Sequence record: SRR20825010_6182
Strand: one strand, 5' to 3'
DNA length: 20,000 nt
Both the position numbers and the translations under genes were made by a program. A model generated the notes under the pieces. The model saw only the letters and a program-made list of their open reading frames with translations. It was not told where the DNA came from and did not search any database. This document shows, one piece after another, positions 8,729-16,885 of this stretch. Position 1 is the first letter of the stretch. The number at the start of each line of letters is the position of its first letter.

Positions 8729-9874
8729 TTGAAAAAAATCACATTAAAAGGCATTGCTTGGGACCATCCCAGAGGTTATCAACCTCTTAGAGCGACCTCT
8801 GAGACATTTAAGCAATTACATCCTGAGGTAGATATTCTGTGGGATATCCGTTCCCTTAAAGAGTTTGGGGACATGCCAATAGAGGATCTGATTGAAGTCT
8901 ATGATCTAATAACTATTGATCATCCTTATATGGGGCAAGCCAATGCCAACAATCTGCTGTTACCTTTAGACAAATTGATTCCGAGGCATAGCTTGGAGAA
9001 ATTGAAGGAGGAGTCCGTAGGTCCCAGTTACCAAAGTTATTATTATAATGGCAATCTTTATGCTATAGCTGTAGATGCTGCGGCCTTGGTTGCTGCATAT
9101 AGGGAAGATCTAATTTTAAAATTAGGTCTAAATGTTCCTAAAACTAGAGCGGAACTATTGGATTTCTATAAAAAAACACCGAGTTCCCACATGGTAGCAT
9201 GGCCCTTATGTGCCACCGATCTTTGGTGCACTTTCCTAACCTTATGCGCGCAGGATGGTGGTAGGGATTTTATAAAGGATAAAACAATCGAAAATCGTTT
9301 AGGTATACAAGTCCTGGATGAATTAAAAATACACTTGGAATACCTTCATCACGAATCCATAAATTGGAATCCTATCCAGATCTTAAACCGTATGGCTGAG
9401 GAGAATGAGATACTCTATTCCCCATTTTTATTCGGTTATACCAATTATTCCAGATTGGGATATGCTAAAAACCTCGTGAAGTTTGGGAATAGCCCAACAA
9501 ATCCTAATATCGAAGTTTCTACTATATTGGGTGGGGTGGGCCTTGCCATATCTGCGCATAGTGAGCATCAGGATATGGCAGCAGCCTATATAAATTATGT
9601 GGCAAAGGCAGAGACCCAAGAGGGGATTTATACCAAAAATGGAGGTCAACCAGGGAATCTTAAAGCATGGCAAAATCAGGGGAACAATACGTTATGTAAC
9701 AATTTTTTTGCCTCAACCATAGACACCATGAATAAAGCGTATGTGCGTCCCCAACACAAGGGATGGAACAAATTCCAGGAACAAGGTGCAGATCTATTGC
9801 ATAACGGTCTTGTAAAGAACATTCCTTCGGATACCATAATGAAAAAATTAAATCAGTTATACCAATCTATTTGA
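8729..9874 (+). CDS. Carbohydrate solute-binding-protein fold, no signal peptide (TTG start)
   Basis: Begins MKKITLKGIAWDHPRG. Segments YDLITIDHP, LLPLD, YYYNGNLYAIAVD...AYREDL and LGGVGLAISAHS..A..YI resemble family 1 SBPs. No hydrophobic N-terminal leader. Confidence 0.78.
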   Translation: MKKITLKGIAWDHPRGYQPLRATSETFKQLHPEVDILWDIRSLKEFGDMPIEDLIEVYDLITIDHPYMGQANANNLLLPLDKLIPRHSLEKLKEESVGPSYQSYYYNGNLYAIAVDAAALVAAYREDLILKLGLNVPKTRAELLDFYKKTPSSHMVAWPLCATDLWCTFLTLCAQDGGRDFIKDKTIENRLGIQVLDELKIHLEYLHHESINWNPIQILNRMAEENEILYSPFLFGYTNYSRLGYAKNLVKFGNSPTNPNIEVSTILGGVGLAISAHSEHQDMAAAYINYVAKAETQEGIYTKNGGQPGNLKAWQNQGNNTLCNNFFASTIDTMNKAYVRPQHKGWNKFQEQGADLLHNGLVKNIPSDTIMKKLNQLYQSI

Positions 9875-9875
9875 A

Positions 9876-10643
9876 ATGGATAGTAAGTACAAAAATATAA
9901 ATCTAAATATAGACAACAAGGTTGCTGTACTAAAGTTTAACAGGCCAGACCAGCTAAATGCCATGAACAGGCAAATGATGGATGAAATTATTGATGGTAT
10001 TGTAACTATCAATAATAATGAGGATGTTAAAGTGGCCGTTATCACTGGGAGGGGACGTGCTTTTATGGCTGGTGCGGACATTAAGGAGTATGGAAGTCAA
10101 ACCGCAGAGCAGTTTAGATCGTTTCAAGAAAGGGGCATAGCCTTGTATGAGGCCATTGAAAATGCTCCCAAGCCGTGGATAGCGGCAGTGAACGGATTTG
10201 CATTGGGAGGCGGTTTTGAAATTGCGCTTGCCTGTGATTTGATTTTGGCCAGTGAAAACGCCAAGATGGGGCTGCCAGAAGTATTTTTAAGTTTGATTCC
10301 CGGGGGAGGGGGTACCCAACGACTTATTCAAAAGATAGGCGTAAACCGTGTAAGGGAAATGTTATTTTTGGGAGGGCAATATTCATCCGAACAACTTCAC
10401 GCATGGGGAATCGTAAACCAGATTGTGCCTGACGGGGAATTTGATGAAACCATATGGCTATATGCGGAGAAACTAAGCCGTAGATCACCTAGTGCCATCA
10501 AACAACTGAAAAAATTGGTTCAATTAAGTCTTACATCCTTGTCTTTTGATCAAAAAATACAGGAGGAAGCCAAGACCGTAACCAAACTTTTTTACAGCCC
10601 TGAGGCAAAAAAAGCTATACAAGACTTTATTGAAAAAACATGA
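9876..10643 (+). CDS. Enoyl-CoA hydratase/isomerase (crotonase family)
   Basis: FNRPDQLNA, AFMAGADI and GFALGGGFEIALACD oxyanion motifs, plus GLPEV..LIPGGGGTQRL. Both catalytic glutamates are present. Confidence 0.95.
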   Translation: MDSKYKNINLNIDNKVAVLKFNRPDQLNAMNRQMMDEIIDGIVTINNNEDVKVAVITGRGRAFMAGADIKEYGSQTAEQFRSFQERGIALYEAIENAPKPWIAAVNGFALGGGFEIALACDLILASENAKMGLPEVFLSLIPGGGGTQRLIQKIGVNRVREMLFLGGQYSSEQLHAWGIVNQIVPDGEFDETIWLYAEKLSRRSPSAIKQLKKLVQLSLTSLSFDQKIQEEAKTVTKLFYSPEAKKAIQDFIEKT

Positions 10644-11695
10644 AAGCTGCACTTTTGATTTTATTTATAGGAAGTTATACGGAATATCCGATACCTGGTT
10701 TTGGAGGTATAGGCCATGGAATATATACCGTTCAATTGAATACCGAAACCGGTGAGTTGACAACTTTACATACCATGATGGCACGTAACCCCAGTTATTT
10801 GGTGGTTAGTGATGACAATCAGTTTTTGTACTGCGTTAACGAATTGGACGAAAGCGAAAACCCTAAAGTAGGGGCTTATAAAATCAATGCTGATTATTCG
10901 TTGCAATTTTTGAACGAACAACCCATAGCCGGGGGGTATCCATGCCATATCAAAACCTTTGGCAATAATGTATTGGTGGCCTGTTATGCAACAGGGAATA
11001 TTCATCAGTTTCCAGTTGAAGCCTCAGGGAAATTAGGCCCCGCGGTACAACAATATAGCCATGTCGGAAGTAGCGTTAATAGCGACCGTCAAGAAGCGCC
11101 TCATGCACACCAGATTGCCGTACATCCCAATGGCAGGGATGTTTATGTATGTGACCTAGGAATAGATATTATCAAAGCCTACCATTTTAAAGGAAAGAAC
11201 TTGGTGCCAAATGATATAAAGGATTGTAAAATATCAAAAGGAAGTGGCCCACGTCATATGGTTTTTGATGCCGCCGGAAATTTGGGATATGTAAACAATG
11301 AGTTGACAGGTACCGTTTCCGTTTTGAAACGTAAAGAAGGCTCTTTTGATGAAGAAGAAATCTATTCGGCCTTGCCCAATGATTTTACGGGGGTGCCAAG
11401 TGGATCGGCCATACGTATCCACCCTAATGGTCAATTCCTATACGTCGCCAATAGGAAATTGGAGGCAATAAGCATTTTCAGAATATATAAGGACAAACTT
11501 GAACCAATAGAATATCAGTATACCAAGGGTGAGGAATTACGGGAATTTAACATTACCCCGGATGGAAATTGGTTAATTGCTTGCCATCAGAACTCCCATG
11601 ACACAGTGGTATACCAAATAAAAAGTGACGGAAGATTACAGGAACGTTATCGCACTAAGGAAATATTGTCCCCGGTCTGCGTTGTTTTTAATTAA
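10640..11695 (+). CDS. Lactonase, 7-bladed beta-propeller (6-phosphogluconolactonase/Pgl family)
   Basis: Motifs FIGSYT, NPSYL, PCHI, ACYATG, RQEAPHAH, DLGID, GSGPRH, NELTGTV and YVANR. ATGA overlap with the upstream gene. Confidence 0.93.
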   Translation: MKAALLILFIGSYTEYPIPGFGGIGHGIYTVQLNTETGELTTLHTMMARNPSYLVVSDDNQFLYCVNELDESENPKVGAYKINADYSLQFLNEQPIAGGYPCHIKTFGNNVLVACYATGNIHQFPVEASGKLGPAVQQYSHVGSSVNSDRQEAPHAHQIAVHPNGRDVYVCDLGIDIIKAYHFKGKNLVPNDIKDCKISKGSGPRHMVFDAAGNLGYVNNELTGTVSVLKRKEGSFDEEEIYSALPNDFTGVPSGSAIRIHPNGQFLYVANRKLEAISIFRIYKDKLEPIEYQYTKGEELREFNITPDGNWLIACHQNSHDTVVYQIKSDGRLQERYRTKEILSPVCVVFN

Positions 11696-11747
11696 TAGGT
11701 TTAACTAAACCGATTTAGAAAAATATAAATACTTATAAATAAGGATA

Positions 11748-12920
11748 ATGAGCAATAACAGTAATCAAAATGTAGGTCCATTGAAAGGATTGGTCGTGGC
11801 CGATTTTACACAATTGGCTCAAGGACCTTGGGCAACGCAGATGTTGGGAGATATGGGGGCGGATATCATTAAGATAGAACCGGAAAAAGGAGATTGGATG
11901 CGGCACTATGCATATGGGAACCTTTACCCCAACGGTGAAAGCATTTCATTCGTTAGTTTCAATAGAAATAAACGCAGTATTGCTTTAAACTTAAAAGATC
12001 CAGAAGGGGTAAAAATAGCTATGTCAATTATTTCTAAGGCTGATATTCTTGTTGAGAATTTTCGCCCCGGAATTATGGACAGGTTGGGTCTTGGGTATGA
12101 GGAAATTAAAAAAACAAACCCCAAATTGGTGTATTGTTCAAGTTCTGGTTATGGATCTTCGGGGCCATATTTACATAGGGCAGGGCAAGATTTGTTGGCA
12201 CAATCCATAGGTGGCGGTTCGGCTCTAAATGGGAAAAAGGGAGATATGCCTGTGGTTACTGCCGTTGGACAGGCCGATTTATTGACCAGTTTATTTATAA
12301 ATCAGGCAATAATGGCTGCCCTTTACTCTAGGTCAAAAACGGGAAAAGGCCAAAAGATCGAGGCGAACTTGCTGAACTCTGTGGTAGGCTTCCATATACA
12401 GGAAATTACGGCATACCTGCACAAAGGGGCAAACCCGGAACGCAGTGAAAGTGGTATCCCGAATCCCTGGTTGGGAGCACCATATGGGCTCTACAATACC
12501 AGTGATGGATATATCGCCATCGGTATGAACTCCGTACAAAAATTGGCTCAGGTCATTGGCTTGGAAAAATATGATTCAGAAGTTTATGCTTCCAATAACA
12601 TAATAGAAAGTAGGGATGAAATTCGATTTGACTTCGATGCTGTTTTTCAATCTAAAGCGACCGAGGAATGGTTGGCCCTGCTGCTGGAACATGATATTTG
12701 GTGCTCCCAAGTCAATAGCTTCGATGAAATGGTCAATGACCCTCAGATAAAACATAATGAAATGATCATAGAAATTGAGCACCCAACAATTGGCAAGGTT
12801 AAGACTACCGGTTTCCCCGTATGGTTCAGTGACACCCCACAAAAAATATACAAGTCGGCACCCTTGCTAAATGAACATGCCGATGAAATACTCAGGGAAT
12901 TCTGCGATTTTAACGAATAA
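11748..12920 (+). CDS. CaiB/BaiF family III CoA-transferase
   Basis: Motifs PLKGLVVADF, GPWATQMLGDMGADIIKIEP..GD..R, NRNKRSIALNLK, ENFRPG..DRLGLGY, GQAD (catalytic Asp position) and APLLNEH. Confidence 0.95.
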   Translation: MSNNSNQNVGPLKGLVVADFTQLAQGPWATQMLGDMGADIIKIEPEKGDWMRHYAYGNLYPNGESISFVSFNRNKRSIALNLKDPEGVKIAMSIISKADILVENFRPGIMDRLGLGYEEIKKTNPKLVYCSSSGYGSSGPYLHRAGQDLLAQSIGGGSALNGKKGDMPVVTAVGQADLLTSLFINQAIMAALYSRSKTGKGQKIEANLLNSVVGFHIQEITAYLHKGANPERSESGIPNPWLGAPYGLYNTSDGYIAIGMNSVQKLAQVIGLEKYDSEVYASNNIIESRDEIRFDFDAVFQSKATEEWLALLLEHDIWCSQVNSFDEMVNDPQIKHNEMIIEIEHPTIGKVKTTGFPVWFSDTPQKIYKSAPLLNEHADEILREFCDFNE

Positions 12921-12955
12921 GGAATAAATACATAAACAACTAAAGTGACATAGCT

Positions 12956-14017
12956 ATGAAATTAGGATTTGGTCTGTACAGACATATGTTGAACACCGAG
13001 CACTATAATTTTGCCAAACAATGTGGCGCCACACATCTAGTAATTCATTTGGTGGACTACTTTGGCCATAACAAGGACAATGCAGACCAGCCTATTGGGG
13101 GGAAGGAAGGTTGGGGACATGCAGGGGACCCAAATAAAATTTGGTCCTTGGAGGAGCTTTTGGTCATAAAGAAGGAAATAAATGATCATGGATTGGAACT
13201 TGAGGCCATTGAGAATTTTGATCCGGCACATTGGCATGATATTTTGTTGGATGGCCCGAAGAAAGAAACTCAAATAGAAAATCTAAAAGAACTAATTCGC
13301 AATGTCGGTAAAGCAGGTATCCCAGTATTCGGGTATAATTTTTCTTTAGCGGGGGTATCTTCAAGAGAAATTGGTCCTTATGCTAGAGGTGGGGCTTTAT
13401 CTGTGGGAATGTCAAAAGGAGATGAAACGCCAATTCCAAATGGAATGGTGTGGAATATGGTTTATGATGAAAATGCTCCTGAAGGTGTTTTGCCTAAAAT
13501 AGAGCACGACGAACTATGGCAACGGTTACAATATTTTTTAAATGAATTGATTCCTGTTGCTGAAGAAGCCGGAGTGAAATTGGCCGCGCATCCGGATGAT
13601 CCACCAATGCCATACATTAGAAATACACCAAGATTGGTATATCAACCGGATATGTATCAAAAATTGATAGATATGAAACCGAGTCCTTCAAATAATTTAG
13701 AATTCTGTTTGGGTTCTATTGCCGAAATGACCGAAGGAGATGTATATGAGGCCACCGATACCTATAGTAAACAGGGAAAAATCAGCTATATCCATTTTAG
13801 AAATGTGGTTGGAAAAGTTCCAACATATAAAGAAGTCTTTGTAGACGAAGGGGATATAGATATGTTCAAAATTCTTAGAATTCTTAAGAAGAACAATTTT
13901 GATGGGGTGCTGATTCCCGACCATACCCCCCAGATGAGTTGTGACGGTTCATGGTATGCCGGAATGGCTTATGCTATGGGATATATGAAAGCAGGATTAA
14001 AAGCAATAAATGAATAA
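12956..14017 (+). CDS. uxuA: Mannonate dehydratase (UxuA family)
   Basis: Motifs GLELEAIE, YNF, LWQRLQYFL..LIPVAEEAGVKLAAHPDDPP, FCLGS, IHFRNV, FVDEGDIDM and PDHTP. Family assignment is strong; the exact substrate is not shown. Confidence 0.88.
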   Translation: MKLGFGLYRHMLNTEHYNFAKQCGATHLVIHLVDYFGHNKDNADQPIGGKEGWGHAGDPNKIWSLEELLVIKKEINDHGLELEAIENFDPAHWHDILLDGPKKETQIENLKELIRNVGKAGIPVFGYNFSLAGVSSREIGPYARGGALSVGMSKGDETPIPNGMVWNMVYDENAPEGVLPKIEHDELWQRLQYFLNELIPVAEEAGVKLAAHPDDPPMPYIRNTPRLVYQPDMYQKLIDMKPSPSNNLEFCLGSIAEMTEGDVYEATDTYSKQGKISYIHFRNVVGKVPTYKEVFVDEGDIDMFKILRILKKNNFDGVLIPDHTPQMSCDGSWYAGMAYAMGYMKAGLKAINE

Positions 14018-14053
14018 GTAAAGCATTGCCAATATGGGTCAATGGATAATGAT

Positions 14054-14068
14054 AGTTAGTTCAGTTAG
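14054..14068 (+). repeat. AGTTAGTTCAGTTAG motif upstream of a hairpin (copy 2 of 2)
   Basis: 14/15 identical to 1681-1695, followed by a T9 run and a stem starting AAGGGTG. Confidence 0.6.
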
Positions 14069-14082
14069 ATTTTTTTTTAGAT

Positions 14083-14118
14083 GAAGGGTGCACCATGAAT
14101 TACGGGTGCACTCTTTTC
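14083..14118 (+). terminator. Stem-loop after uxuA (probable intrinsic terminator or processing hairpin)
   Basis: GAAGGGTGCACC (14083-14094) pairs with GGTGCACTCTTT (14105-14116) using G-U wobbles. Confidence 0.7.
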
Positions 14119-14173
14119 AAGAAAAGGATTTTCCATTACCGGATTTGACCACTTTTATATAATAAAGACAATT

Positions 14174-16876
14174 ATGACAAGGAAAATTTATCAGATTGTA
14201 ATAATAATTTCAATTCTTCTTATTAACCAATTAAGAGGGCAAAAAAAATTTAATAGTGATCGGGAAACCTATGATTTGCTGAAATCATTGTCCAATTCCA
14301 AGCTGGGAAGTGGAAATGTGCTTTTATTTACAACCACACACGAAGATATTGCATGGTTGAACGAGCCCGAAATTTGTAAGATTGATAGGGACAAATTATG
14401 GTTAACACCATATATGGATCGATTGAAGTCAGAATCCGACTTTAAAATGGACATAGAGCAGTCTTCTATAGTCATGGAGTATTTACACAGACACCCAGAG
14501 GAGAAGGAAAACTTCATCAAGTTTGTTAAAGAAGGACGGATCTGTATAGGGGGTGCATATGTACAAACTTATGAAGGCATGTATTCCGGAGAATCCTTGG
14601 CTAGGCAATTTTATTTCGGTAAAAAATGGTTGCAAGATAATCTAGATGGGTATCAGACCAACGTGTACTTCAATAACGATGTGCCGTCCAGGACTATGCA
14701 AATGCCACAATTGGCCAGTAAGGCAGGAGTCAATAATTTTGTTTTTGCCAGACACATAAAAGGATTGTTCTATTGGGAATCTCCAGACGGATCTAAGGTG
14801 CGATGTTACAGTCCAGGAAACCACTATATGGAATTCTACAATCTATTGGGGCAAAAGGATTCGGTTGCAATAAAAACCATGGCGAAAGAAGCGGTAGACT
14901 GGTATACTATTTATAATAATACATCCTTAAGTAATACGGTAATGCCCGCTATGTTGAATTATGAGTTTATTTGGCCCCAAGAACCAGTGAAGAATTCCGT
15001 TCCCTTTATGAATAAATGGAATTCTATAACACAAATCGAGTTAGATGGCAAAAATCGTATTAATGTAAATCTACCTAAGTTCAGGTATGCTACAGCAGAC
15101 GAGTTTTTTGAAAGCGTAGTGGCAACTACATCAATAGGAAAAACTATAAAGGGTGAACGTCCAAATACTTGGGTCTATATACATGGAGCTGGACACCAAA
15201 AGGCGCTAAGAGCAAGTCGGGAAGGCGATATTTTAATGACCAAGGCAGAAAAGTTTGCTACGGCCAATGCACTTATTGATGGTTCGTTCAACAAATATCC
15301 GGGACGGGAACTTTACGATGCTTGGGAGTCTAAGATTTATCCAGACCATGGCTGGGGAGGTAAGGGAGGCGATGTTACCGACAACCTGTTTCTACAAAAG
15401 TTTCTATTCGCCAAATCCGTGGCTGAAAAGATATTGGATGAATCTCTAGAAGCCATTGCGGGAAAGATTTCGTTCAAAAAAGAAAATGGCTCACCAATTG
15501 TTGTTTTTAATAGTTTAAGTTGGGAGCGTTCAGATCCAGTTAATTTTAAAATTAATTTTCAATCCAAGGATGCAAAGAACTTTCAGTTGTTAACTGAAGA
15601 AGGCGGAAATGTACCAGTACAATTATCGGAATTGACTTATTATCCTAATGGATTCATACAATCCGCCAAGGTGAATTTTGTGGCTAATAATCTTCCTTCT
15701 ATTGGGTATAGAACATTCTACTTAAAATCATCCGATGAGGTAGAAAAGAACATGGTAGCTAATAATACTGGCACCTTTGAAAATGCCTATTACAAAGTAA
15801 AGTTTGGTGACGGAGGTTTAGAGAGTATTTATGATAAAGATTTGCAAAAGGAACTGATTGACGCCAAAAGCTTTAAGGCCGGTGAAATCTTTGCGATGAA
15901 TTCAGAAGGTAATGGTGCTGGAGAATTTGCTGAAGTTCAGCAACCAGATGTCAGCTTTTTTGACAGACTTGCCAGTAGTACAACCAAATGGCAGTTGGAG
16001 GATGATGGCCCGATATATACTAGTTATAAAATGAGGCAGAAGATGAAGGAAGCTGTTGTTGAATTGAAAATTACGTTTTATAATTCAACAAAGAAAATAG
16101 ATTTCGATGTTGATCTATTGAACTGGGACGGTATTATTTACAGGGAATTTCGAATGGCCTTGCCATTGAATATGCAGAATGGGGAAGTTACTTATGAAGT
16201 TCCATTTGGGGCAGTCACTGTTGGTAAGGATGAATTAAGAGGTACTGGAGGGGATTTTTATAATACACCGGTACGTGAAATTCATCCAAGAGAAATTGAA
16301 AACTGGATATCTGCAAGTAATTCAGAATTTGGGGTAACATTGAGTTCTAGTGTTGTAACCGCTGATTGGATAAATCCAATAGATTCTTTAAGTACACGGA
16401 CTATTTTACAACCCATACTTTTGGCTTCGCGTAAAAGCTGTCATTGGGAGGGTAATAATTATCATCAAACTGGCGATCATCATTTCAATTTTAGCATAAC
16501 CTCACATTCTAGTGGATGGAAAAATGGGCAAAGATTTGGAAAACAATCAAATGAAAAACCAAATGTTGTGGTTCATCCGCACTCTTATAGTCAAACTTCA
16601 TTACCTGATAAATTGAGTTTTTTCAGTGTAGATAAGGAGAATGTGGTTATTTCTACTGTGAAGAAGGCAGAAGATGATCAAGATGTAATTATAAGGGCGT
16701 ACGAAACAGATGGGGATGATGTTGATGCAGCTATTTCCATGTTCAAACCTATCACAAAGGCGTATTTGACCACCTTGATAGAACAGCCTATTTGGGAAAT
16801 TAATAATGATAAACAAAAAATTGAACTGAACCTAGGTCACAATTCCATTGAAACGATAAAAATTGAGCAATATTAA
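14174..16876 (+). CDS. Glycoside hydrolase family 38-like protein, probably secreted, paralog B
   Basis: Hydrophobic N-terminus. Motifs THEDIAW, SGESLARQFYFG, NNDVPS, FYWESPDGSKV, IYPDHGWGG, VVFNSLSWER and ISTVKKAED..IIRAYE. Collinear with 1913..4786. Confidence 0.85.
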   Translation: MTRKIYQIVIIISILLINQLRGQKKFNSDRETYDLLKSLSNSKLGSGNVLLFTTTHEDIAWLNEPEICKIDRDKLWLTPYMDRLKSESDFKMDIEQSSIVMEYLHRHPEEKENFIKFVKEGRICIGGAYVQTYEGMYSGESLARQFYFGKKWLQDNLDGYQTNVYFNNDVPSRTMQMPQLASKAGVNNFVFARHIKGLFYWESPDGSKVRCYSPGNHYMEFYNLLGQKDSVAIKTMAKEAVDWYTIYNNTSLSNTVMPAMLNYEFIWPQEPVKNSVPFMNKWNSITQIELDGKNRINVNLPKFRYATADEFFESVVATTSIGKTIKGERPNTWVYIHGAGHQKALRASREGDILMTKAEKFATANALIDGSFNKYPGRELYDAWESKIYPDHGWGGKGGDVTDNLFLQKFLFAKSVAEKILDESLEAIAGKISFKKENGSPIVVFNSLSWERSDPVNFKINFQSKDAKNFQLLTEEGGNVPVQLSELTYYPNGFIQSAKVNFVANNLPSIGYRTFYLKSSDEVEKNMVANNTGTFENAYYKVKFGDGGLESIYDKDLQKELIDAKSFKAGEIFAMNSEGNGAGEFAEVQQPDVSFFDRLASSTTKWQLEDDGPIYTSYKMRQKMKEAVVELKITFYNSTKKIDFDVDLLNWDGIIYREFRMALPLNMQNGEVTYEVPFGAVTVGKDELRGTGGDFYNTPVREIHPREIENWISASNSEFGVTLSSSVVTADWINPIDSLSTRTILQPILLASRKSCHWEGNNYHQTGDHHFNFSITSHSSGWKNGQRFGKQSNEKPNVVVHPHSYSQTSLPDKLSFFSVDKENVVISTVKKAEDDQDVIIRAYETDGDDVDAAISMFKPITKAYLTTLIEQPIWEINNDKQKIELNLGHNSIETIKIEQY

Positions 16877-16885
16877 GTCTATAAA

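Noticed and set aside
14070-14078. T9 homopolymer as a phase-variation tract
   Set aside because: Intergenic, short for an AT-rich genome and not inside an identifiable promoter. Noted only as part of the repeated element.
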